The notes below the pieces were generated by a model. The model worked only from the letters and a program-made list of their open reading frames with translations, did no database searches and was not told where the DNA came from. A stretch of DNA of 64,000 nucleotides from Dimorphilus gyrociliatus. Taxonomy: Eukaryota; Animalia; Annelida. How positions within the stretch are numbered: the stretch's first letter is position 1; the number at the start of each line of letters is the position of its first letter. The translations under genes and the position numbers were made by a program. This document shows positions 37,654-49,399 of this stretch, one piece after another. The stretch is from contig CAJFCJ010000061.1 of NCBI GenBank assembly GCA_904063045.1, positions 24,186 to 88,185 of the forward strand. The letters run 5' to 3'.

Positions 37654-39170
37654 ATGGCTGAAGAGAAACAGTTGGATATTCTTTTTGATGGTTAAAGTAT
37701 CAGAAGATATGCATTAGCATCATGTAAAAAACAATTTACTAATATCTTGAAAAGTCGATACGTTTATAATATGCTGATAACAGGAATATGAGAAGTAGTT
37801 AACATAGATAAGTTTTCAAATATTACAGCAACGCTTTTAAAGATTTTCAATAAGTTTACAAGTATTTTCAACCAAATCACACCAAATTTCCTGTAGGCCG
37901 TCATCTCCCATATTTCTATTTTGTCTTAGATCAACAATTTCAGTATTGGAGTAGGTTAATAATAGATTTTTAATAAAGAAACATTGATGATTATCGAAAT
38001 GGCAAGAGTTGAAATGAATACTTTTTAAACTGTTTACAAACGATTCAACACCTTCGCAAATGTATAATATCCATTATCCATGTTGAAATTATCACCAAAG
38101 TTTAAACTTTCAATTTTAGAACATTGCAGGGCAATTGTTTATTATTTCAGCTATGATTACAACAATGGTTCAGATAATGATGATGACAATGATAAAAGAC
38201 TACTTGATTTTGTGATATCCAACTATTTCTGTTTCTATGGATAGTATTATTATTGTAGATTGTTGTCATTATCAGAAGGGAGCGATAATTGGCAAAAAAC
38301 GGGGTTTAACTATATTAAAAGAAATATAAAAGATTTGGCAGTGTCTTTAGTCAATAAACCAAATGGTTACCTGCAAAGTAGGTTGAGTAATGATCAAATA
38401 TGATAATAGTCTATGGCGATATTTAATGATTATTTACTGCTGGAAGCTATACTGCAAATGGTAATTCGTATTTTATGCAAAAGATCTTCAACTAAAAAAC
38501 TAGACAATCTTTAAAAGTATGCTATAAAGTGAAGGGATAAGCTGGACATTCTGTTTCTATTCTTCAAGATATTGTAACAAATACAACAACTACTGGAATA
38601 TTTCTCAACAATTTCTGCATCCATACTATAAACATTGAACAGAAAAGGAAGTATTATTCATTTTTTAGTAATAAAAACTGGAGTTATGTATGGAAGAATG
38701 GATTAGGATTTAATGAAGAATTCTTGACGATAAGAGTAAAGGATGATGAATTATTTGTTCATACTTTTCTTGATAATCAACAATTGCGAATGGTTGTGAA
38801 AAAATGATTCAATGCAAACACTTGATGAATCAAGGCCATATCATTTAAATGATTAGGCAGTCAGTATAAAAGATATAGTGGAATAATTGGTGATATTGGA
38901 AAACAAGAATTCCTGTTGCTAAACCAGTTGGAAAATGTTTTAAAAATTCATTTACAAATTGATAATCATATAATTATTGAACAAATAGGAGAAATCTTCA
39001 ATAAATCATGTCTCTTGGTCTCTTTCAAAGATCTAACAGTCCCGAAATCTCTTCACTATAATGTGCACAAGGAGAAATTGAAGAGTATATCATTTCTTCC
39101 CAAAGAAGGGAGGCCATTTATATTAGATGATACTAATCAGAATACAGTTGTTTCTACTGGTAATCACTGA
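37654..39170 (+). pseudogene. Paralog of the N-terminal domain of 40489-41592, followed by unrelated decayed coding-like sequence
   Basis: MAEEKQLDILFDG*SIRRYALASCKKQF matches MDENKQFDILVNSESMRRYAFASCKEQF, and the upstream flank is also duplicated. Downstream frames have many stops and no Walker A. Confidence 0.6.
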
Positions 39171-39645
39171 ATAAAATGGACTAGAAAATCATTATCATAG
39201 TCAAAGAATAATAGTTCAAAGAGTTTCATTACAAATGACATCAAAATATTACTCTACATAACATGCATTAATCAGATATACTTTCTCCTAATACACAGTA
39301 CTAGGAAGTTCAAAAATGCATCAAATGCATATCTACCATTCCAAAAAACTCCTAGAATAATAAAATTGCCGCCTAATCCTTACCTTTTTTTACAGTTGGC
39401 TGACAAAAAATGTCACAGTAGTTGGTTAAGGTTTAATATAAGACATATGGGACATTTCTAGGGTTTGGGAAAATTTCAAAGCAGTTTCAGCAAAATCAAT
39501 TAAATATTTTTTGGCAAAACGATTCAAAATGTATAGAAAATATAGTCAGGTGAGTAATCATCAAGGTTGAGCTGATTATCTACAGATGTGCATATACTCT
39601 GAGCCAACTTTAAAAAACTCCCAAAAGCATTACGCATCAACTTGA

Positions 39646-39850
39646 GGGGCTGTTGAAAATGCCCATTTTAGAGTTGATTTGGAGTGAGCTATTGGGTTGG
39701 GAATGGGTTAGGTAAAATATTTAACCAATTGATTTCTAATCCAGTGGGTCCAAACTAAGGTTTAGGAACAATCAAGCACTTAAAACATGGGTCCAGGGCT
39801 GATATGAATTAGGGTAAAAACCTTAAACTCTAATCTTCAACCCTAATCCT
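39646..39850. mobile_element. MITE related to MULE element C (left part)
   Basis: Starts GGGGCTGTTGAAAATGCCCAT. Internal region homologous to 20605-20720 (GTGGGTCCAAACTAAGG). Confidence 0.65.
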
Positions 39851-40488
39851 AAACAAAACTTAAATTTTTGGAGTGATGTTTTTGTGTTACTGTATTTCAT
39901 TAAAACTAATGCATAAACACAAAACATAAACATATATATATATATATATTAGTATATAAGAACTTTGTTATACGCATTCAGCTTATTAATACCTAATAGA
40001 GTAGTTGTTGAAAGGCATCTCTTGCCAACAATGCTCTTTCTCTTTCTTCTAATAATTCCGGAAAATGCTTGATTAGCCAAAATCAAAAGATGAAATGATA
40101 TTTAAAGTTTGTGCCATCTGTTACTTTTTTCTCCATTTGAGAAAAAGAGCAATTTTTTAAACCCTAGGCAACAAGTAGTTTATTATTTCATTTTCACTAC
40201 TAATATAGTTGTGAAAAATCATTATTGAATTGGAACACCTGTTTTATTATTCAATTTCTTTTGTCAACTTTTCAATAGAATAGTTGCTATGAAATATGTT
40301 ACAAAAAGAAAGTAGGCAGCCATTTTGAATAGTTTAGTATTTCTGATATTTGAATATTATTTGTGTTTCTTCTTAATGTTTACCAGTTGTAATTTATAAG
40401 TTATTTCTGTTAATTGAGTTTTATTGCATTTCAAGAATAAAAGAAGTGGTGTGTATTTGGCCTATGATTTTTACATTTCTAATTTACT

Positions 40489-41592
40489 ATGGATGAAAAT
40501 AAACAGTTTGATATTCTTGTTAATAGTGAAAGTATGAGAAGATATGCATTTGCTTCATGTAAAGAACAATTTAAATTGAAAGCAAATCCTGAATACATGT
40601 ATAATCTACTGATAACACTACTGCCAAAAGAAATTAAAACAGTTGAGTTTCTTAATCTAAAAGAGCCACCCTCACCTGAAGGAATAGAGAAATTGTGGGA
40701 ATTACTTGAAAATTTAAACATCAGAAATTCTCTAATGATTTTGAAAAATGCAGATCTTAGAATGATTGCTGACAATATAGAAAAAGCATGGAGTAGATTA
40801 ATAAATGAAGTTAAAGAAAAACATTCAAATGAACACAGCTTTGTTCAAGTTTTACCATTTGGTAAGAAGTATAGATTCCAAGTTAAAGATATTGTCACTC
40901 CAATAGAAGTTATAAAAATTAATAAATCAATGTTTAAACAATGTCAACTGCCAACCGAAATCACTTTTTACACTTTCCACGAAGTATTATTAACGGATTT
41001 TGGAAAAATTGTCATTCAAGGCGAACCTGGAATTGGGAAAAGTGTTCATGTGAAATATCTTTTAAATTCATGGGCTAACAATAAATGGAAGGAATTCAAT
41101 GACAAACTATTCTTACTTATCTCAATAAAAGATGTTTTTATAGAGTCGAGATTAAACAACAATACAAGTTTGTACCAATTGATAAAAGAGCAAAATTTTC
41201 CAAAAGATTCTTGTATTGATGAGACTATGATCAAAGAATGGTTTAAGGAGAAGAGAAAGGATATTATTCTCTTCATTGACGGAGCTGATGAATTGAATAG
41301 CGGTGATAACAACTCTAATTCGTGGGTAACAAGTTTAAACTCAATTATAGAGGGTGTAAACTGTTCACTTCCAACGGTTGTTTGGTGCAGAAATTGGAGA
41401 GCTGAGGAGATATTATTCAGCTGCGATTTGGCATTAGAATTAATTGGCTTCAATCGGCAACAGTTGAAAGAATTTTTTCAAAAATTTGAGGACAATACTA
41501 AATGCAATAGTTTCATTGAAGAGTTGGATAAGGCTAATATTGGAATGTTGAAGAGGAATATGAAGATAAAATCTACAAAGATATTCTCTTGA
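40489..41592 (+). CDS. Death-fold-like N-terminus + NACHT NTPase (NLR-like), truncated after the NTPase core
   Basis: Walker A IVIQGEPGIGKS, Walker B IILFIDGADE, sensor TVVWCR, LELIGFNRQQ. The ~100-aa helical N-terminus is inferred to be a death fold. No winged-helix or LRR before the stop. Confidence 0.85.
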   Translation: MDENKQFDILVNSESMRRYAFASCKEQFKLKANPEYMYNLLITLLPKEIKTVEFLNLKEPPSPEGIEKLWELLENLNIRNSLMILKNADLRMIADNIEKAWSRLINEVKEKHSNEHSFVQVLPFGKKYRFQVKDIVTPIEVIKINKSMFKQCQLPTEITFYTFHEVLLTDFGKIVIQGEPGIGKSVHVKYLLNSWANNKWKEFNDKLFLLISIKDVFIESRLNNNTSLYQLIKEQNFPKDSCIDETMIKEWFKEKRKDIILFIDGADELNSGDNNSNSWVTSLNSIIEGVNCSLPTVVWCRNWRAEEILFSCDLALELIGFNRQQLKEFFQKFEDNTKCNSFIEELDKANIGMLKRNMKIKSTKIFS

Positions 41593-41716
41593 AATCAATT
41601 AAATTACCTCAAATTTTCAAAATGAGTAGGTGTATTGCTAAAATTCTGGAAAATGATGAAACGAAAAACCTCAATGATGTAATTAAACTGAAAAAGGAGC
41701 AAATTAATAATCTAAG

Positions 41717-42511
41717 CCTAACCCTAACCTAACCCTAACCCTAACCGAAGTAACTTCCTGTACAGAGGAAGGAACATAGAATTGAATCTAGGTCTTCTTC
41801 TGTTACATTTTATGAAAGGTGACTTACCTAATTGTTATACCTGCGATTTTTGAAAGGTTACCCTCTAATTACTATAGAACGTAGGGTCGAGATACTGGTA
41901 ATAGAGTCTAAGGCTGCCAGTCAGCCATCCTCACCTACCACCGTTAACTTCAAAGCTCCATAGCTCCGCAACCGCTGGGCCGATTTCGTTCAAATTTTGC
42001 ACAGTTGCTCAGTTCAATTAGATCTAGCACTGTAAAATTTCATAACGATCGGAGCAAGTTGAAATTTCAACTTTCGTCAGTGGTCGACTTGCTTTACTGA
42101 CCACCAAATAGGTGATTTGTAGCGAAATAAAGTGTGGGATCAAACCAGTACCTATCCTAAGGTATAGTAAGCCTCTCAGAGATCAGTCTGGTGGCAATCT
42201 AACCAGCCACTTTTCCCCTCTCACTTGATAAAGGAGGAATACCTCCGAAATATTGTGAGAATTTTTTTTAATTGGGAAATTGTTACAGTTGCCAAATACA
42301 GGTTCTCTTCACCTTTGTGGAGAATTTGTAAGTGTTTTTGTGGGAGACACAGTTACAGCTTAGGCTGGGGAATTGCTACTCAAGATAGCAACTCCTCAAT
42401 AGCCACACCAACCCTTAGCCAAAACCTGGTTATAAGTGTGTGTGCACTTTTGGGATTACCAGTCTGTACTGATTGTGCTAATCCCTAACCCCAAGACCTA
42501 ACCTAACCCTA
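41717..42511. mobile_element. Composite repeat block bounded by degenerate CCCTAA tracts, containing a HINE/Helentron-like palindromic core
   Basis: CCCTAACCCTAACCTAACCCTAA at 41717 and ~42482-42511. CCGATTTCGTTCAAATTTTG..AAATTTCATAACGATCGG at ~41980-42052. 42280-42510 is homologous to 49545-49760. Confidence 0.55.
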
Positions 42512-42523
42512 AAGAAATTACTA

Positions 42524-43453
42524 TTGAGATTTTCTGAATTAATGATGGCTAGATTAGAGATAATCAACTTGTCAATATCAGATTTTAATCATTTAGATTT
42601 TGAAGATTCAAAAATTCTTAAAATTATGATGCATATGATAAAAACTCGCCAATTAAGATATTTCAACAGTCAAAGATTCGAGTTAAAAGTTAGCATTGAG
42701 GATAATATTCAAACTATTTACATTACGGATAGATTTGAAAGTTTTGAATTGGTTATGGATATTTATGTCGAAGAAGATGATCATGATAATGAAAGAGGAT
42801 TAGGGAATAGGAAACCGGGTAAGAAATTTCAACAAATTTGGCATATGATTTCTATAATGGCAGGCTTTGATTTGCTTTTGAATGAAATTATTCAATGCTA
42901 TAATATAACTGCATTCAAATTGAATGATCATTCTCTATTGTCAAACCAACTGGCCAAATTGGAGATATTGTTTCAGACTTTCAACCAGACTCTTCGAGTA
43001 GTTAAATTTAATTGTAGAACAATAGATAAAGAGGTTGTAGAGACTTTAAACAACTACATGAATATTTTGAACAATTTACAATCATTTTCCATTGTTGCTT
43101 CATCGTCTGTAGATAATTGTTTGGAATTACTTATTGATAAACTACTGCAAACATGCTTTTGCAGCAATTTAAAAAATCTGGAAATTAATCTCTCATCCTA
43201 CTACAATGTGGAAGTTTCCCTAAAGAGAGTACTAGAGAGATGTCAGAATTTGGAGAGGATAGACATTTCGGGTGTAAATGTCTCGTTCAAACAGCTTAAA
43301 GAATTCGAAGATGATAGAAGATTCTCTGACAAGATTGATTCTCTTCAATTGAAAACTTGTTTCTTAAGGGATGAACTGTTAGAGATACTTAGGAATTACC
43401 ATGTGCGCAGGATCTGCCATCAAGACAGAGAACACCTTCATTATCGTCATTGA
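42524..43453 (+). CDS. Degenerate LRR-containing ORF, probably an NLR C-terminal part
   Basis: FNQTLRVVKFN, LNNLQSFSI, CSNLKNLEINLS and CQNLERIDISG LRR-like motifs. Confidence 0.6.
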   Translation: MRFSELMMARLEIINLSISDFNHLDFEDSKILKIMMHMIKTRQLRYFNSQRFELKVSIEDNIQTIYITDRFESFELVMDIYVEEDDHDNERGLGNRKPGKKFQQIWHMISIMAGFDLLLNEIIQCYNITAFKLNDHSLLSNQLAKLEILFQTFNQTLRVVKFNCRTIDKEVVETLNNYMNILNNLQSFSIVASSSVDNCLELLIDKLLQTCFCSNLKNLEINLSSYYNVEVSLKRVLERCQNLERIDISGVNVSFKQLKEFEDDRRFSDKIDSLQLKTCFLRDELLEILRNYHVRRICHQDREHLHYRH

Positions 43454-43469
43454 AGAAGAAACCTGTAAG

Positions 43470-44720
43470 GCGGAAGGTGGCACGAGCTTTGATGAACAAA
43501 ATTTGTTTTACTACCTTAGGCCCTCTTCAAGAAAGTTTTAAACAGGGTCAACTAACTAAAAAAAACTGAGTCTATTCTAGCCAGCAGACAAACCTCCTTT
43601 CAACTAAATATCGATCTATTCCAACTGTTAGTCAACTCTACAAAAAAGCGCCGGTAGATGGCATTGGGAAATGTGCACAAAGTGACGTCGAAAAAATTGG
43701 GAAAGGAATAGCAAGGTTAAACAATGAGTATCTGCACGCATATAGAAATGGGTAATTTGGTATTTCCTGTTAAATGGCGTAAGGAGTATGGCAGATTCAA
43801 GTTAAAAGAAAATATGAAAGGAAATTGGATGAGGAACAATCCAGCACTGATTCCACCAGTTGGAGCTGGTCAGTTGGATAACCATACCAAAGCAAAATGT
43901 AAAGTTTGTACGAAAACAGATCAAGGAAAGACTGCCAAATGCATAGCTCTACATTCCGCTAACACTGCATTATTTAAGACTGGATTGGGTATATAATATG
44001 AAGATTACTGCTTCGAGATACATACCATAAATAAAATTAATTCAATTATAAATAGGTGCGATTATACTCATCCATGCCAGAATTTTGACTACACGGGAAA
44101 CACTTCCATACTGTAAGCTTGTACATCCCATTGTCAAGAATATCAAAAGGTGGCTCAATTGGAGAAAGCTGTTCAACTGGAGGACGTCGACAATGTAAAA
44201 GTTAATCGCACCATTGAAGGCTGAAATAATCTCGCTCGCCCTTATATCATCATCACTAGGACAACATTTCGACGATAGTTAATGTAATAATAGCATTTGA
44301 GAATAGAATGCAATGTCAGAAGAAAGAGAAACATCAAGATAATGAAAATGAGTTCATACGAAGAGGAAAGAATGTTACTATCAACGCCCTTGTTGTTGTC
44401 TCTGTGGGCTGTTGGAACCCCGCTAACAAAAGGTTATTTACTAAAATGAGTATTCCCCAAGGTCGCAGAGGTCTCATGAGGAAATTAATGACTTGTAAAA
44501 CACTGCAATACTCTAATGACATTGTTACAGTTCACACGAAAGGAAATAAGATACTATGAAACCTAAGGAAATTTGGAAACTCCAACTGGATGGATGAGAC
44601 GGTAATGAATAATTTCTGTTCTAGTTTAACTTATCACCTGACAAGATTTTAATCAGAATTTAATCAGTCAAACCAAGCATACCACCATTTTCAATATTAA
44701 GGACGAGTATAAACTATGCA
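43470..44720 (+). mobile_element. Highly decayed divergent MULE-like element, possibly with a Ulp1-type protease remnant
   Basis: RWLNWRKLFNW..NRTIEG*NN resembles the MULE W..RTNNxxEGWHN motif. Downstream NLRKFGNSNWMDETVMNNFC resembles the Ulp1 WLNDEVIN motif. Confidence 0.35.
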
Positions 44721-46389
44721 TTTATGACTCATTTTTATTTGTTTAATTCGTGGAAACTGGTGCAAAATTGACATATACATTTGTCAGCTCTATTCTACAA
44801 TATATAAGTAGTATTGAACTGGGATTGCACTGTTCTGATTGCACTGATAGAGAGAGATAAGCAGTATTGCCATAGTTTTGATTTTCTGCAATTACAAAAA
44901 ATATGAAAAAAAACTTCAGTTGATAATAGCTCAAGCTTCAACTTAACTATTTTCAGCTTTTTTACTGATTTGCACTATTATTACTATTTGGAAAAGTGTC
45001 ATCTTACTTATATATTCGTTTTGCAGAATACTGGAATAACCTCTCTTCACTTGTTTTTATCTATTTCTCTTAATTTCAATCTCAGTCTTTTTCAAGACTT
45101 TTGCAGGCCTCCCACAATCACCATGCTTTTTATAGGTTGGTTTGGGAGTGTATTGCACTGTTGATCTTTTTATCTTCTTGCTTCAGGAGTCTCTTCATAT
45201 ATTTTCCCCTCTGCTACCTTCTCTTTTACAATGCAATATATTTCCTTTGAATGCATTTCTGTAATTTCATCAACCAACTAAGGTTCAAACAGAGAGAAAC
45301 CCCAAAATTAAATTCTTGAAATAGTTCAAAATGAGTCCTCAGAAGGACAAAGAACCCATAACTTTGTTCTTCTACGGATTTTGCTATGCTCCAAATGGAT
45401 AGGCTTATGAGGACTCTGGACTGCTCATCATTCCATCCAGATCTTAACCAAGCAGACACGTTGAATTTCCTTACAACTACCTGGATTGCTTCTAAGTGCT
45501 TGCTTTCATTCCGACCTTTGTAGTCAGCATAAGCCTCCTCAATATCTGGCTTAGTTCTTCGTGCTACTCAATATTATTTTCATGAATTATGCCTAAGCTT
45601 TCTTGTCTTGAAAAGGTGTCACTTACATGCGCTCTTGATTTACCCATACCTCGACCTGAGGAATCTTACAGCACTCTTGTAACCATCTAGACAAGACACT
45701 CTCATGCCTTGCCCCGAAACTTTCAAACATGTCAAGTTCCCCATCAAACATAATTGAGGTGTTTGGGATCTTTCTATTTGTCAGATTGTAGTTCCTGACT
45801 TCTCATCCAGCTTCTTCTTTAGCTGTTGATCTCTTCTCAGCTGTTTGGCTTGACACATATTGGTATATAAATGTAGTCATTGAACAAATAGGGGTTCTTA
45901 GGAAACCATTATTCACTGACTATATTAATATAACCCATGAAAGTTTTTACTAATGATAATTAATAATTTTAGGTACACACGTATACACAGTGAATTATAG
46001 GATGTGAATGATGACTATCAGTTTTAAATATAGAGACGTAACGTTTAAGACATGATAACGGTTATGATCATTTGGTACGTTGCCAAATATAGGCGATGTT
46101 TTCATTTATTACATAAATATATATAATAGTATAGAGCGTACCTCGCACACAATGCTATTGTTAAGCATTCATATTAAATAGTATTGAGTTTAGTCTATGC
46201 TTTTCTAAAATTTTCTATCAAACTGAAGTACACAGGAAGATAATTTTGATAGAAAGCAAGATGAACAAAACTTATAATAAAAGTTAGGTACAACAAGGGA
46301 TTTATGGACACTTTCTTATTGCAAAAGGCTTTTAAATTGGTTTATTACCTAATAGGAGCACATTGTAAATAGACTGAGAAAATTATAAT

Positions 46390-46547
46390 TTTGGCTACAC
46401 CTAACCTTTTCCTTTATCCTTAATCCTTAGATGAGACCCATCCCCTTCCCTAAGTAGAAATCAGTCACCGTCTTTCTCCTCCTTAGCATTTTTAAATCCA
46501 AAACCTAGCCTAGAAATTTCTCATTTATAGACATTTTCTGTTCACCC
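46390..46547. mobile_element. Partial copy of the 207-bp MITE family
   Basis: Ends TTTCTCATTTATAGACATTTTCTGTTCACCC, the reverse complement of a 37263-type terminus. Confidence 0.7.
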
Positions 46548-46562
46548 TGTCTAGAACTAGTA

Positions 46563-46745
46563 TTGTACTGTGCTGATTGCAATGAAAGAGATAAGCATGT
46601 TGACCTACTTTCATGTGGTGCAGTGCATATTATATGCATGGCAAAATGTTTTCTTAAATTGCAGACAATTATTAGGATTGATTCAATTACATGTCAATAT
46701 GCTACAATTATAATACACTATGTTATATACATGAAAATATGTTAA
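46563..46745 (+). pseudogene. RING-like fragment
   Basis: CADC..LLSCGAVHIICMAKC..CQYA resembles a degenerate C3HC4. Confidence 0.35.
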
Positions 46746-47039
46746 ATTCATAACAACTTCCCTATGAAATACAATTTAGTACATTGACAAAAATGTGTTT
46801 TTACCACTTGCATGCAAAGTGAATGGTATATTATTCACAAAGACATTACTTTTGCACACAATTGATTTTTAAATTCATATTTTTCAATATTCCTATAAAA
46901 AATAAAAAAGATAACTGCAAGTGTACTCCTCATTATTTTTTTATTATAGTAGAACAACTGCAGGCCAACTATGGCCATTTACTTACTAACTTCATTTATA
47001 TTACATTTTTTCTTTACAAAAGAACTATTTAAAAAAATT

Positions 47040-49062
47040 ATGAATTCACGTAATCTAAATACTAATGAAAAGTTGTGTCTTAATTACTTCAAGGAAGATG
47101 TTAAAGAATTACTTAAAACTCAATCAGTCTTTGATAGCTTTACAACAAAATTGGACTACTTAAAAATATTAAATACTGATGACAAGTATAAACTACAAAA
47201 ACAATATGATAGTGAGCAAAAAAGTTTGGCAATATCTTCAATCTTTGAAATTTTGTGCCAGTTGAATTTTTGTGATTTGTGGGAAGTTTTTTTTAATATT
47301 GATCATTTAAATTGTGAATGAATAGCAAAGTGTTTATCCAACAGAGAGATTGCATGGCAAAAATTGATTTTTGATACTAAAATAGAAAGACAAAAAGAAT
47401 TTACAACAATTCCATTACTCCCTTTTACAAAAGCTGAAGTCAAAATATCAGATATTGTAACATCTATTGAAATATCCAAAGTACATAAAATTGATATAAT
47501 TGATAAGGAATTGCAGGAAACAGAATTTGACTATACATAGACATTTGGAAATTTCCAATGATAAACCTATTAACAACATTTCAATTAACTTTTTAAAACC
47601 ACAGCAAATGAGAGGAACTGCAAAATTAAAGATAAATTTGTTGGATTGTTGTCTAGAGGTAAACAACAATGATCTTTGTCAAGGTAAAAACATTTTTCAA
47701 CAGAGTCTTGCTCTGTTTGACTTTGACGAGATTTTATCATTGTTTGTCCTCAAAGACAGCTTTCTACCTATTTTTAGCCAATACAGCAAAACGGAACGGC
47801 TTACTAAACTACTTTCAAAATGTTTTCATTTGGAAGAGTTTAACTTAGAAGTGAAAGAAAATAGACAAATGAATGAAGTTTTCTATTGCAAACTATTTTT
47901 TGAATCCTTACACTACTCAGTAAAAACTTTAATGGTAATTAACTTAAGGAACTGCAACTTGTCAAATGCATGCGGTAAAGAACTGGCTAATCTCTTGGAA
48001 AAGTGTCATTCCATTGAATATATAGATATCCATGGCAATAAATCAATGTGTGACGCCATTGTAAAAATCATAACGTCTCTTCAATCCTCATTCGAAAGTC
48101 TGAAGCATTTGGATATAGGTAATTGTAATTTGGGGAATCGCCATGGAGTTGTTCTTGTTGATCTCTTCAAAAAGTGTACAACTATTGAATTTGTTGATAT
48201 AAGTGATAATAGTTCAATTGGCAAAGATATCGGAAAAATCTTTGTGTCCTTGACAGTGAATTCAACAGAAATACTGCAAAATTTCAACATTAGTAACTGC
48301 AATATAGCGGAAAATGATTCATTTGTTTTTATAAAAACTCTGAAACAGTTTTCTGCTTTAAAACTTTTGGATGTTAGCTCAAATGGTTTGATTGGCAGGG
48401 CTATTGGTGGGATAAAGCAATCTTTGGAGAATTCATCAGACAGTCTTAGATATTTAAAGTTTAACAACTGTAATATAGCCAAACAAGATAAACGTTCTCT
48501 TACCGTCAAACTGCAAAGATTTCCCTCCATATTATTTCTGGATTGCAGTTCGAACGAGTTCATTGGTGATGATGTTGTTATTATCATAAAGGTTATGGAA
48601 AAGTCTTTTGAAACTCTTAACCATATCAACTTGAGTTATTGTAATATAAGTGATGAGCATGGCCAGCTGTTTGCTATGTATCTAAAAAACTTTTACAATC
48701 TAAAACATTTGGACATTAGTCATAATAATCGGATTGGGAAAGCTGTTGAAAAGATAGTAAAGTCTCTTAAAAATTCATCGGAGACTTTGAAACACCTGGA
48801 TTTTAGTTATTGTCAGATAACAACATTGGCCGCTTCCTATCTTGCAGATAGTATCAAGGAATTCTTTTCTCTACAATATCTAAATGTTAGTGGCAATTCT
48901 GCAATTAATGAAAAAAGGGCCCAGTTTGCAAACAATTTAAAGCATTTATCAAAGATAATGGTCTATATGAATTTTAGCCATTGCTCAATTCATCCAATTC
49001 ACAGACAGGAGATGACAGAGTCATTTAAAGATTTTGCCCTGCTGAAAGATTGTATTTTCTAG
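47040..49062 (+). pseudogene. Death-fold + pre-NACHT linker + long LRR array, with no NACHT; stop at ~47319 and a frameshift, LRR ORF 47500-49062 intact
   Basis: Helical N-terminus. IPLLPFTKAEVKISDIVTSIEI matches VQVLPFGKKY..VKDIVTPIEV of the NACHT gene. Then RI-type LRRs (SFESLKHLDIGNCNL..IEFVDISDN). No GxxGxGK motif. Confidence 0.75.
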
Positions 49063-49399
49063 GAGAAGTTGATTTTTGGAAAGGAGTAGAAGAAGAATGA
49101 GAAGATGAAGTAGAAAATTAGCAATTATTGTATTCTATATTTTGCAGTAGAATAAACTATATTTCACAATTTTGAGTTGTAAGCATCTTTTTTTGCAGTA
49201 TTTCCTATAAAAAATGACCATAAGATTTTCACAATATCATAGATATTTTCTCTAAAAATATATCTTACCCAACAATTGAGTTCTAATGTAAATGATATAG
49301 GCCTGAAATTGATGGTTTAAAAAATCAGTTGAGCTGGTTAAAGATTTCTTCTGATAGAGAATATACCACATGGATAATAAATTATTATCAAATATTTGT

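Noticed and set aside
41717-41746. CCCTAA tract as a true telomere or chromosome fusion site
   Set aside because: It is short, degenerate, interstitial and shared with dispersed repeats.
42130-42210. tRNA B-box-like GGTACTGGTTTGATCCC on the minus strand
   Set aside because: No cloverleaf or A-box could be built; at best a SINE-like remnant.
48081-48629. Long antisense ORFs (also 41046-41453, 12338-12628, 913-1173, 19914-20144)
   Set aside because: They are shadows of well-supported genes on the opposite strand.
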